DNA of 64,000 nt from Paragordius varius (Eukaryota > Animalia > Nematomorpha): NCBI GenBank assembly GCA_964247055.1, contig OZ176056.1, positions 3,658,001 through 3,722,000 on the forward strand. Direction: 5' to 3'. Shown in pieces: positions 26,501 to 38,317 of this stretch. Numbering within the stretch: the stretch's first letter is position 1; every line of letters starts with the position of its first letter. The notes beneath the pieces were generated by a model. It did not search any database. It worked only from the letters and a program-made list of their open reading frames with translations, and was not told where the DNA came from. Both the position numbers and the translations under genes were made by a program.

Positions 26501-27212
26501 AGGGCGAACGTTGCTGAGAATCCGGTATATAAATGGAACTTTAATGTGGGAATATGGGAAAGACTCCATGTGGACATCGCGGGTCCCATGTGTGGTAAAT
26601 ATTGGTTGGTTTTAATTGACGCGTTATCAAGATGGGTGGAGGTGGAGATACTTAGCAGTATTACATCTGATGTGATTTTGAAACAATTGGAGAAATGGTT
26701 TTCCTCTTATGGTTTTCCAAGAATGCTAGTATCTGATAATGCTACTTATTTCAAATCGTTCAATTTTCGGGATAAGATGACAAACTGGAACATTAAGCAT
26801 GTGACGTCGGCTCCCTACCACCCAAGGACAAATGGTTTAAAGAGTAATTTATACGTTGAAGTCGAGATTCCGTTCCACGATGATGCCTGGCGTGAAGAGT
26901 CAGGAGGCTTTAAATAATGTTTTATTGGCCTATAGTAATTCATGGCATAACGAGATTAAGACGACCCCCGCATCGTTGTTTTTGAAGAGAAACATCAACA
27001 CACCGTAGAATTGGTTGCAAGATAAAGAAACGCCTAAAGAAAGTACACCACCGAGACCCTTAAGAGAATATACACCGGATCAGTCAATATTTATAAAGAA
27101 CGAGACATTAAGAGGATGGCGACCGGGTACGGTGGAAGTAAGGACGGGGCCGTTATCCTATGAAGTAAAGGATGAAGATGGAAAAAGATGCGAAAACATG
27201 CCTATCAACTGA
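23587..27212 (+). pseudogene. gag-pol of the LTR element, broken by frameshifts near 24035, 24897 and 26840 and a stop near 27008
   Basis: Successive ORFs 23587-24066, 24057-24899, 24911-26917 and 27015-27212 join into one polyprotein when the indels are corrected. The integrase GLAE(R) catalytic-Glu region is disrupted. Confidence 0.88.
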
Positions 27213-27285
27213 GATCGGATGTTGAGCAGAGGGAGGCCCCCAGGCGGTATCCAGACCGAGTCCGAAAACCTCCGAAGCGTTTTTT

Positions 27286-27300
27286 AGAGGAGGAAGAGAA
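27286..27300 (+). other. Polypurine tract
   Basis: AGAGGAGGAAGAGAA directly abutting the 3' LTR. Confidence 0.9.
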
Positions 27301-27552
27301 TGATATGTAGTGGATACTACAACGTTGCATCATTATATTTTCTTACATCATTTTATTATATTAATCGCATCTGGCGTTTATGTTTGTGCGTCATTATTCG
27401 TGGAATTCTTATATATATATTCGTAGAATAAAAGACATATTCTTACAATTGTGACGCACATGCATGTTAAAATTATAAATATCACGAAATTCTTAATAAA
27501 TTATTATTGTTTTGTATTTTCATCACCGATTCGTAATATTCGATACATAATA
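27301..27552 (+). repeat. 3' LTR (252 bp)
   Basis: Direct repeat of 23302..23569. Confidence 0.95.
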
Positions 27553-27923
27553 AATAGAGAAGAGAGTTATTAAATATAGAAAAACACGGGGAGTAAGCAA
27601 TGGCGTTTAAAACATTTGTAGCATACTAGTTAAGCGCATTTTATCAGGTATGCAATTAAAAACCGAAATATTAATAAATAATAAACAGCCAAAAAACTTA
27701 AAATATATCTATACACAAACACACACAATTTACATTGTACGACATTGGGATCGTCCTTTAAGGCGTTGTGTATATTGATTAAATATAATAACTACCATGA
27801 CTCAATATTCACTCTATCTAATAAATTTTGTAAAGTAAAACTTTATCTGGTGTTTTTAGATCAACAACTTACGTAAAAAACACAACTGAAACAAATTAAT
27901 GTAAAAAAAACTTAATGGTATTA

Positions 27924-28146
27924 CAGTCATGTATCCTTTATTTTATCAAAAATTTATTTTTTTTGTTAAATGGGTATAAATAGTTGGTAAAGAATGGAAA
28001 AAAACAATATGGTATTTCTTATACTTTTTTGATGAATATGACATTGTTAATACCATAGAGCTCTTGTTTTTTCCATTCTTAAACTAACATTTACACCCAT
28101 TTAACCAAAAAAATAAATTCTTGATAAAATAAAGGATACATGACTG
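27924..28146. mobile_element. pogo/Tigger-like MITE, copy 1
   Basis: TA|CAGTCATGTATCCTTTATTTTATCAA...TTGATAAAATAAAGGATACATGACTG|TA; nearly palindromic overall. Confidence 0.9.
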
Positions 28147-29199
28147 TAATGCTATAAGATTTGGAGAGGCATAGTGTAATTCGGCAAAGTTTGATGTTTT
28201 GACTTAGATTTATATATGGGGATCTACGAACACATAATTATTAAACGGTCAAATATTAAATTCAGCTGGTAAAGGACAGTGTCCATACGCTCACAAAAAA
28301 TATAAGATCCATCAAAATTAGGTAATTATAATATCAAGGTTTACAGTTGCGTCTACAAAAATTATCACTGTTTATAATTGACAATTACATATCTTAATAG
28401 TATTTTCATGATGATTTGACGAAAATTCAGAAATCTTAATAAAGCTATTTATAACAAGTAAATGATATCAACTTCTCATGTTAGAAATTGAATAAAAATA
28501 ATCTCTTAATGTTATGCCTATTTTTACAAAAACAATTATTAATCAAGTCATTTTAACACAGTAAGTTATAGCTTCTTTCCATGTACTTAAATATAGATGT
28601 AAAGCAAAATAGCATACAAAATTTTGTAAAAATATAATTTTTTTGAACCATTACGCATGTAATTAGCCTGTAATTCATCACCGTGTTAATATGTGATTAT
28701 TCAAGTCAACCTTAATTTTGTCTACAAAAACTATTAGAAATGATATAATTGGGTCTATTAAGAATTTACATCTCTATTCCTTATTTTACTACCCAAAAGT
28801 AATTGAAAAAAATGAATTTAAAAAAGTATGGTTGTCTTTTCGTAAAAAATATTTGTTTTTATATTTTTACGTTTTATCCGTATAATTTCAATTTTTACTG
28901 TAATAGTACAAATCGATTGCCTAGCTCAGTTAAGATTAATAAGTCACACTCTATATATGCCTGGAAAATTAATTAAATTTAACAGTCTTTTCTTTCATAT
29001 AAAATCCATTGGTGACGATTTTAACTAAATTTTGGGCAGATCCTATCACCAAGGATGATTATAATGGAAATCGATAATAGTTCTTATCATACGTTAAAAA
29101 TGAACACTAACATAGATTAACAAATTGTGATCAATCAATATATATATTACAAGTCGAATAAAATTTATTAAAAAATATATGTTGTCAGGTGAATCATTC

Positions 29200-29915
29200 G
29201 TTGTATCACCAGAAATTATACGGACAATGTGAAAGATATAAAGGTATCTGCCAATCGTTTTCCTTTTTCAGACTGAGAATTGTCATATAACAAAATCATT
29301 TTGCCGTCTTCTAGCCCATTCCGTTTGTTTTTCGATCAATGCATGGTATGAATTAATCATTTATTGGGAATAGCGTTATGTGACGATTTCATGGGTTTCA
29401 TCAATACATTTATTTTTCCCGTTTTAAAATTACAATATATAGCGTCCCATGATCCGTAAAAAATCGCAAAAATTATTTCGTAGAAATGTTGAAGCTGAAC
29501 TTCACAAGTCACTTTGCGATTTTCGATTTGACACTTATTTAAATTGTTTGGGATCCATTTAACGAGGATATTAGTCTTTCTACTTGCTTATAATCATCTA
29601 TGTTTTTTATGATGCCTGTCGATTTGGTGATAGTTTAAGTTGCCAATTACTTTTACATTGCTTTCACAGTCATGTTATTTGCCTTTCCACACACTGTCTT
29701 TCACAAAATCACAACTTTTAAATTTAAATATTCAACAGGTTTAATTTGATAGAGCTTGTTCAGCATAACTTTATACCAGCAAACGATGAACAATTTTTTT
29801 ATTCTGATAAAATACGAAAATAATGAACAATGTTAATTTTAACAAAATTCGACATGATCACTAAATGTAAAAATATGTTACCTTCTAAAAACCCAAATTG
29901 TAGGAGTTTGTGGTT
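29200..29915 (-). mobile_element. Decayed mariner (Mos1-like) relic
   Basis: Minus strand KWIPNNLNKCQIENRKVTCE matches Mos1 RWVPHELNERQMERRKNTCE; KMILLYDNS matches RVIFLHDNA. Confidence 0.8.
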
Positions 29916-30094
29916 GATCAGATTTACAAAATAGGGTCGGTATTATAATATATATATCTTTTGATTTATCTCTGACTTTTCTTTTTATAAAATGGTAATG
30001 ACCTATTACTATACCTGCAATAGTGTAACATAATGAAGATTCCAATATTTTCACATATATTATTTTACAGTCAAAAACAATATTTTTTAACCAT

Positions 30095-30335
30095 GCGCAT
30101 TTTTTAGGTCAAATGGAACATTTTTTCGAACAAACGCAACGTTTTTTAAGTAAACGCAACATTTTCAAACGCAATATTTTTTCATTAAAAAACATTTTTT
30201 CCGTTATCTTTGCTTCAACAGTTGAATTAAATGAAAAATGTTGTCTTTGCTTGAAGAAATGTGGTGTTTGATTGAAAAATTGTTGCGTTTATGTTGCGCT
30301 TTGTCGAAAAAATGTTGCTCTTGACTGAAAAATGG
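30095..30335. mobile_element. Degenerate MITE with CCATTT-type terminus and AAACGCAAC subrepeats
   Basis: The right end ...TTGACTGAAAAATGG|TATA; its reverse complement aligns with 30097-30140. The left boundary is approximate. Confidence 0.55.
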
Positions 30336-30357
30336 TATAATATCTCGATATTTTATA

Positions 30358-30749
30358 CCATTTACAGTTCAAATTCACCCTTAAACAATTCAAATTCACC
30401 CTTAAACAATTCAAATTCACCCTTGAACAATTCAAATTCACCCTCGAACAATTCAAATTCACCCTCAAATAAATAACATGTTTTTTAAGATTAAAAATTA
30501 CCTATATTTTAATATATTTTTAAAAAATAAAATTTTGTTTTAAATTAAAATAATACTGAAAAAAATAATTAATTATGCCATAAAGATCTATTTTATATTA
30601 ATAATGAGTTATATTAGTTCGAAAACACATAATTTATTTTTAGGGTGAATTTGAATTGTTCGAGGGTAAATTTGAATTGTTTAAGGGTGAATTTGAATTG
30701 TTCGAGGGTGAATTTGAATTGTTCAAGGATGAATTTGAACTGTAAATGG
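30358..30749. mobile_element. MITE with 21-bp subterminal tandem repeats (five units left, four to five right)
   Basis: TATA|CCATTTACAG-(TTCAAATTCACCCTTRAACAA)n ... inverted units-CTGTAAATGG|TATA. Confidence 0.93.
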
Positions 30750-31755
30750 TATATATTAAATATGGTATCAGATCACTACTTTTTGTAACAAAATTATTTA
30801 TGTATGGATTATAATTATGATTATTTTCCTCATAATTTTATAATTATTACATCTTTGAAATAACTTTTATTACCTTATACGGCCGATAAATCCATCTGTT
30901 ATTTGTTGGTAAATATATATTATAATAGCTTATAAGTTTTGTAAAATTTGAGCCAAACTGTTTAGACTTGTCACTTCTAATATAAAAATATAATAATGAT
31001 TTTTCCAGTCCAGGTCCATTTAAATTTTCGATAGCAAATTTGCTTTTTTATTTCGATATTGAACAATTAGCACAGAAAACCGTGTATTATAGTTCTCTAA
31101 TTTTTAAATGGAACCCACATGGTAGAGGGATATATAGGTGCCATCCTAACAATAAATTGGTATTTTTAGTTTCCAGATAATTTTATTATCCTAAACAATA
31201 AAGTCCATAATTTTTTACGGACACCCTAAATCAGATTTTAAAATGTAATCAATAAAGTCCCCAATTTATACGGATCCTATATAATTATTTTACAACGATC
31301 AAATGTTAAAAAGTATTTAATATGTAAATTTTAACGTTTAATAAATTTAAAAATGAAAATATAAATACAATGATCACTTTGTTTTCAAATTTCTTTGTAG
31401 AAAATAACCTTTAAAAAAATTGACTTTCTTTATTTATTTAAATTTTTATAAAATTTGAATCTTCGTTGTTTAAAGGATATATTTGATGGAAAGCGCAAGA
31501 GTTAAATTTAAATGTAACTTTTGGTTAAGCCATATATTGACCTTTTTTGTTCAGATTTATTGTATGTCGTCAAATGTCTTATATCCGATTGTCCAACTTA
31601 ACTATATATGTATTCTAATTTGACTAAATTCCAAGGTATTATATATTTCTACATTCAATAAACATTTTCATGTCCTTTATAATGATATTTTGCATATTTT
31701 TGTTAAAAATAAATGTCATTTATCCTTTTCTATTATAAATAATTGGTACAAAAAC

Positions 31756-31790
31756 TATATAAAGCGACTGTAGTTAGTGAATTATCATTC
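31756..31790 (+). promoter_or_regulatory. TATA box and initiator-like element of the Gly-rich gene
   Basis: TATATAAA at 31756-31763 and TCATTC at 31785-31790, the canonical ~30-nt spacing, ~50 nt before the ATG at 31839. Confidence 0.6.
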
Positions 31791-31838
31791 CATTCCTTTT
31801 TTCAACTCTTTTTTGTCATTACATTTCTAATACCCAAT

Positions 31839-32981
31839 ATGACGGTATGTGAATTCTTTCTTACAACTATATTTTGCTAAATTTTCATTTAACCATATAA
31901 TAATCGTCTAATCTTTATAACCAGATGCAGCAAAAAAGATCAGAACGATCTACCTTCTACACCCTTCTTATCTTCATAATCTTAGCAGCAACATATCAAA
32001 CAGCTCCACCACCTATAAATAGTACGAAAGATGCGGGCGATGGATATGATTCAGGGATAGATTCTGCCCCATATAGCGATTCTGGTTTAAGTGATAATTA
32101 CAAAGGTCCAGTTAAACCCAGCAGCTCATATAACAAACCTAGTTACGGATCTAATAGTTATGGAGGAGGTCGCTCTGGTTATAATGGAAATTCTTATAAT
32201 GCTGGAGGTTATAATCGGGGTAAGTTTAGTTTAATATTCTTTAAACAATATGTTTCTTACTTAAAACACACATTTATATGTTAGGAGGATACAATCAAGG
32301 AGGATATGGTGGTGCAAACTATGGAGGTGGATATGCGCCTCAACCTTACGGCGGTGGTTACAATAGCTATGGGTAATTTTTTGCATTGACTCATAAATAA
32401 TATTGCGTCTGCATTTTTTAATGGTTTTTAGCGGTTATGGCGGCAACAACAATTATGGAGGAGGTGGTTATGGTTCAAGCGGATATGGGGGTAACTATGG
32501 CGGAGGGTATGGCGGAAATAATTACGGGGGCGGATACGGATCAGGCGGTTATGGCGGGAATAACTATGGCGGAGGCTACGGTTCAGGTGGTTATGGATCA
32601 GGTGGCTATGGATCTGGGAATTATGGCGGAAATAACTATGGTGGAGGATATGGTGGAAATTACGCATCCGGAGGCTATGGCTCAGGTGGTTATGGCGGGA
32701 ATAACTATGGCGGAGGTTATGGCGGGAACAATTACGGTGGCGGGTATGGATCTGGTAACTATGGCGGGAACAATTATGGATCTGGCGGTTATGGCGGGAA
32801 CAATTATGGTTCTGCTGGCTATGGATCAGGTGGTTACGGTGGAAACAACTATGGATCTGGCGGTTATGGCGGGAATAATTATGCATCAGGTGGAGCTTAC
32901 GATAATGGCTATAATTCAGGAGCAGGCCCTGCTTACAACTCTGGTGGTGGTGGTGGCTACATTAACTACAAGAAAAAATAG
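31839..32981 (+). CDS. Secreted Gly/Tyr/Asn/Ser-rich repeat protein, ~312 aa; exons 31839-31844, 31925-32219, 32285-32372, 32432-32981
   Basis: Signal peptide (..FYTLLIFIILAATYQTA), then GGY/GGNNYGGGYGSGGYG repeats with varied synonymous codons. GT-AG introns are in phase; AATAAA at ~33190. The 6-nt first exon is tentative (the ATG at 31925 is an alternative start). Confidence 0.88.
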
Positions 32982-34052
32982 GCGGATGAGACCATGAATT
33001 TTGCATTAATCTCCGGCCACATACTTATTTTATATTATTAATATTACTATTATTATAGTAAAAATATATTTGTCTATACATAATGATGCATATTCCATTT
33101 TTCTATATATAACTTTTATATAACAATCACATGAGGCATGCATATAATGCAATAATGAATGATAACTTTCCGTTACAATATTTATTTATTAATAAATTTT
33201 ATGTCAAAAATTTCGATGTTTGCTTGTGTCGGTTTTGTATGATATTAGGAATACTTAATAGATAAAAATTGTTAAAATCACATTAATATTTGCAATAAGG
33301 TAACTTCAAATAAATATGTGCTTTATTGTCTTGTAAGAATATTGAAAAATATTTTTTAAAATTTATTATAGAAAAATTTTATTGTGTAAAATTATTAGTG
33401 AACAAATAATCAAATTTATTATGTTTCTAATCATTTATGAGTGTTATTATATATTTTGACGGTAAATTATTAAATTATATAAAGTATAGCTTTTCATTAT
33501 CCTATACTATAATTTTGCCATAATTCAGATGATAATAGTTAAGTTTTTAAAAATCCCTAGGGTATCATTTTTTTAATAAAAAAGAAAATGTGATGAAACG
33601 CTGAGACCAATATATATTTTTTCGTATATTACATCGCCTATTGTTGCCCATGCCTGGCTAAAATTAATAACTTTAAATAATTTACTATATATTATTGACC
33701 ATTTGTGCTATTGTTAACACATCAGAAAAAACTTGAAAAAGGTGTATGGTTGGAAAGACTTAAATATTTTTGGGTGACATAATTTTTTGTTGCTAAAACT
33801 ATTTGATTGTTCGAAATACTAAAATATATTTGGGTAACACAAATGATTGTAAAAAAAATGATTTTTATTGAGATTATATAAAAACTACAATTTTTTAACG
33901 CTATATTACATATCCCTTAAAATTGTTTTAAGGTTGTTTTATTAGCACAATACTTATAATCAGATGATTATGCCTTTTGGTTTTATTAGCAATATTTTTG
34001 ATATAGGCGTTTGACCTCCGATTCCTATCTAAAGCGATTGATCACTTTAAAC

Positions 34053-35361
34053 CAGGGCTTCTTAATCTTTTGTAATTCCCGACCCCATTTATGGTTGCGA
34101 ATTTCTTAACGACCCCAACAAATTTAAAGAAAAATAAATTAATTTTTTTTATATATTTATTAAGTTACAATATACATATGCATATAATATATAAATTTAA
34201 TTCGTTTTGAAACATATAAAAATCTAAAATTGAAATTTGCACAAAATGTTACAGAAATGTAAGTGGATTATTACCGTCTTAATATTAATACTTGCGTAGT
34301 AAATATTAAATTAAAGTTTTGGTTAAAAATTTAATGAGATGGATGTGCCTGTTTTTTATTGCATAACAAATCAAATCTTGGTGTAATGATTGAAACTGCT
34401 GGACGTAAGACCTCTCTAACATTTTTTATCGCTGAACGATATTGGGATTTAATGTGTGCTAAAGCTGAGAAAGTAACTTCACATAAATATGTGGTGTTGA
34501 ATGGCAGAGTACATTTAAAGCCTTATCGGCCATTGTGTGAAATTCAGTTTTAGGTCTAATCCAAAATTCAGTCAAGGGCTTTTTTTGGAATCGTAGTTTA
34601 AAGTTTGAGTCTTACGAAAGCTCAGCAAATTTTTCTTGAGCTTTAACTGGCAGATGATCAATCTCACTTAAGCCAAACCAAAACGGCTATTGAATACAAA
34701 CTATTTTTCGCATAGCAATATTTAATATAAAATATGGTCGACAATTTAAATAGCCACAAGTCATTTTAAAAAAAGGAGCAAATTCACATTTCGTTCAGTT
34801 AAAAATTCGATCTCGTCCTTTAATAACATAATTTTTTTAAACTTTGACCTCTTGACAACCATCTTACTTCTGCATGTAATAATTTTTTGCTGCAAGAGCC
34901 TCTCGGTGAATAAGGCAATGAGTAACTATAGAAACCTTTTTATTATGTCTTATAGGAAATGTAGTTGATGATAATTAAAAATTTGAACGCAATCATACAA
35001 TGGCTAAATGAAAATAACACCAGATATGTTTATATAGTTTCTTCGAAATAACACTTAGAAATTTTGTTAATAATATTTATCAGGATTATTTTGGTTTTAA
35101 GAGATTGACAAATATAAACATTTTTAAAAATTTCGATAACATCTTCTGATTTATATTAAATTTATACAAGATATTATAATGATCGGAATAGAAATGCTGG
35201 TATAAACAGTTCCGATCCAGAAGAATTTATGATATATTTATCTACAATGATTGTTATTTTTCTTTATTATAATAATTTTACAAATTAAAAAACATTTGTT
35301 AAACTGTATTTATTACTCGCGACCCCAAATGGGGTCGCAACCCATAGTTTAAGAAGCCCTG
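34053..35361 (-). mobile_element. Internally deleted hAT (Buster/Charlie/ZBED5-like), 1309 bp
   Basis: Perfect TIR CAGGGCTTCTTAA / TTAAGAAGCCCTG; flanks CTTTAAAC / ATCTAAAT (decayed TSD). Minus-strand VTHCLIHREALAAK and C-terminal PRFDLLCNKKQAHPSH*. Confidence 0.9.
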
Positions 35362-36589
35362 ATCTAAATAGTAAAAATTACTTTTTCAACGCTTTGTTTG
35401 TCATTCGTAATATAATCTATGGGTAAAATATGAAAATAAGGGTTTAGAGTTGCTGAGTACATATTAAATTATTAATGAATTAATTAGAGATTTAATTTGA
35501 ATTGTAGAGATTAGGTTAAACCCAATCACGGATTAACACACCTTGCAATTAAAATAAGGGTTCTCTTGGCTTATTAATATGAAATCAATAAAAATTATTA
35601 AATAATATACATGTAAAAATTTAATCGGCTAAAAGACTTTAAAAATACCAAATATCGACTTAAGGACAGCAGTTTGTATACCACTGTTTTAAGGTTATTC
35701 TTATGTTTTCTCTTAAAAGGTAACACCTAAATTGAATTAAGGCTTATCCTACTGAAAAAATGGAAAATTAGTGAATAAGGATTGAGTATTTTTCATAATT
35801 ATATGGTTATAATAACTCACAAAACATAATTTGAAAAAATGTTTAGCTTAACTAACTATTAGGATAAAAATCTTGGTTTGCATAAAAGACTAAAATTATT
35901 TCTTAACTTAATTATGTGTTTTTCTCTATAACATAAATCTTGCTAACAAATATCTAGCTCCCTTTATATGCTCGTCTTTAAAACTTCACTTTAATATGAG
36001 GTATCTAAACACACACAATATTTAAGTTGATATTAAAAAAAACGAATAAATGAAACGGTTCAAATTTAAACTTATTCTTCTATTATATAATAAAAATTAT
36101 ATAAATAAGCCAAAAAATCTAAGATAAAATTTAGTTTTGGAAAAAAAGTTCCGTCTCAAACTTGGACGCCAATTTTATTTTACAACATTTTTGCAAAATA
36201 TCGTGTTTGTTTGATTCTAAGCCTAAAATTTTGGTCACATTTTTATAATAATCCATATTGATATAAAAGAAAAAGTGGCATATTTTGCATTATTTTTATA
36301 TTTTTATGCACACATGTCATGTTGGCAAAATTTTTACTTTAGGGTTTAACCTCTTAATAAGTAATTATCAAGTATTGAATGAAATTTATTTCATTATTCG
36401 GTTCATAAATGTTATATAAGTGCAAACCTTTGCTATGGTTCCCAATTATTCCATAATTTTTGAAATATTTAATTTTAAACAATCCTAGGTTATCTAACAA
36501 CCCTAATTCGAATCGAAGGACAGAACTGAATGCGTTGTATCCAAGTAGTTATATTTCTTTTTAATACAATACCTATTTTAAGCTAAATA

Positions 36590-36812
36590 CAGTCATATAT
36601 CCTTTATTATATCAAAAATTTATTTTATCCGTTAAATGGGTATAAATATTTGGTAAAGAATGGAAAAAACTAGAGCTCTATGGTACTTCTTATACTTGAT
36701 GAATATGATATTGTTAATACTATAGAGCTCTTATTTTCTATTCTTTAACAATTTTTTCTACCCATTTAACGAAAGAAAATAAATTTTTGATAAATTAAAG
36801 GATACATGACTG
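36590..36812. mobile_element. pogo/Tigger-like MITE, copy 2
   Basis: Same family as 27924..28146, with TA flanks. Confidence 0.88.
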
Positions 36813-36911
36813 TATAATGATAATTATAACATATGAATCTCAATTTAATTCATTTATATTAAGTGTGTGTGTGATACCAAAAACAGAAGGAATAAACTCA
36901 CATTCAAAAAC

Positions 36912-38298
36912 TCATAATCTAAATGGAATGTTGGGCCATAACGAAGGGTTATGAGTTTGACACAAAGTTTCAAACGTATTTTGCATAGCCGTTTCCATAT
37001 ATGCTATCGTTTGAGCATTTTTAGAGCCATACAGGGTTTTAAGACGTTCTTGACGAATTTCAAGAGGGGCTTTTCCTGCTCTTTCGGAGGTGGGCGTGAA
37101 ATTTTTGTAATACGGATTTACTGGAAGATGTGTGAGTGGGAAAATTTGATAATAAAATGAGGATAATTATATGTGACAAGAAATGTTAAAAATTCTTCTT
37201 TTTGATATCTTTATTATAAATTTTTATGTTTAGTTAAAAAAATGATTCCAAAGGAAGATTAAATACATTGAGCCATTACAGACTTTGTAAACAATTAGGG
37301 TTCTGAATTCTGATTTTATCACATAAATATAAATAAAATCACAAGAATTAAATTAATAATAGATTGAAAACTACATAAAGTTCAGTACTTTCTGGGAAGG
37401 CTTTAGCCTTAGACCAAATTCGAATATCTTAAGAAAAAATTGATTTTATGACCTTTTAGCCATATTAATCAACCAAATCTTTAAAAATGATTATGTCAGA
37501 GTTTGTAAGCAGGTATTTTTTTTAATTCAAATTAGTAAACAGGCATATATTAAAAATTAGTCGTCTTGGCCCAAATTTTTACCTATTAATATGCGTATGA
37601 AATTTTAGAGATTTAGCAAATAAATGTAATTAAAGATTTGTTAATAATTTAAGTTTATATTTTTCAAACCCCTGGGAAACACCCCAAATTTAAGAATATA
37701 TAAAATTAACAATAATCTGGAAAAAATTTCAAATAATATTATTATGAATATTATACTCTCTAGCACATCAATAAATTCGGAGTTTGGGAATTCTAATTCC
37801 CCAGATTTTTTATGATTTGAGGGTATGTGCTTTTTTTCTTTTTCTATAATTTTATATTAAAAATAAACCTCTCTGTTTAACATGTTGACTATGTATTTCA
37901 CTATATTCTAGCCATGTTTGGTTAACAGCAAATTCAACCGCTTCATCGGTATTAATATTATCGTTTAAAATTATTTTTTCATTCATAATTTGTTTTTGAG
38001 CCATACTCCCTTTTAAATTATGTAATTTTTTATTAGGTTTGTTAAAACTTTTAGGTGGTAGTTTTGAGTTATTTATCTTATTCTTACCCTTGAGCCGTTT
38101 ATGTATTATAGGTATGATGGGTTGATTATCTAAATATTTAGTTTTTGATTGATTGATTTCCGGGTTAGGAAAAATATTCGCCACATTTCTTTTAGTCCAA
38201 TTCATGAGTAAAGCATCATTTATCCAGAAATTTTGAAAAATTGGATGTAAAAACCAATATTTTCCTGATAACCGTATTTCATCCCAAACGCTTGACAT
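36912..38298 (-). CDS. GEMIN8: Gem-associated protein 8 (SMN complex), 241 aa; exons 38298-37869, 37843-37757, 37120-36912
   Basis: N-terminal WFLHPIFQNFWINDALLMNW has the same spacing as human [20 protein letters not shown]. C-terminal RQERLKTLYG..IAYMETAMQNTF..LWPNIPFRL* matches Gemin8 EMKRLYG..AMEAAVQLSF..YWPVIPLKF. 726 nt in phase. Confidence 0.88.
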
Positions 38299-38317
38299 TT
38301 TATCGACAGGTGTTATA

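Larger units (their letters stand above)
23302..27552 (+). mobile_element. Full-length but coding-defective Ty3/Gypsy (Mag-like) LTR retrotransposon, 4251 bp
   Basis: Two LTRs and a 5-bp TSD AATAG (23297-23301, 27553-27557). Gag with two Zn knuckles, protease DTGA, RT YLDD, RNase H, then integrase HHCC and D,D in Ty3/Gypsy order. PBS-like TGTCGACGAAG at 23573; PPT at 27286-27300. Confidence 0.96.

Noticed and set aside
30368-30740. 21-bp tandem repeats as a CRISPR array, or ORF 30291..30476 as a gene
   Set aside because: There are no unique spacers, the units are mirrored inside TIRs, and the context is eukaryotic. The NNSNSPL ORF is simply the translated repeat.
32428-32997. His/Arg-rich antisense ORF and Met/Ala-rich alternative-frame ORF
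   Set aside because: Both are shadows of the Gly-Tyr repeat codons; only the GGY frame joins the signal-peptide exons in phase.
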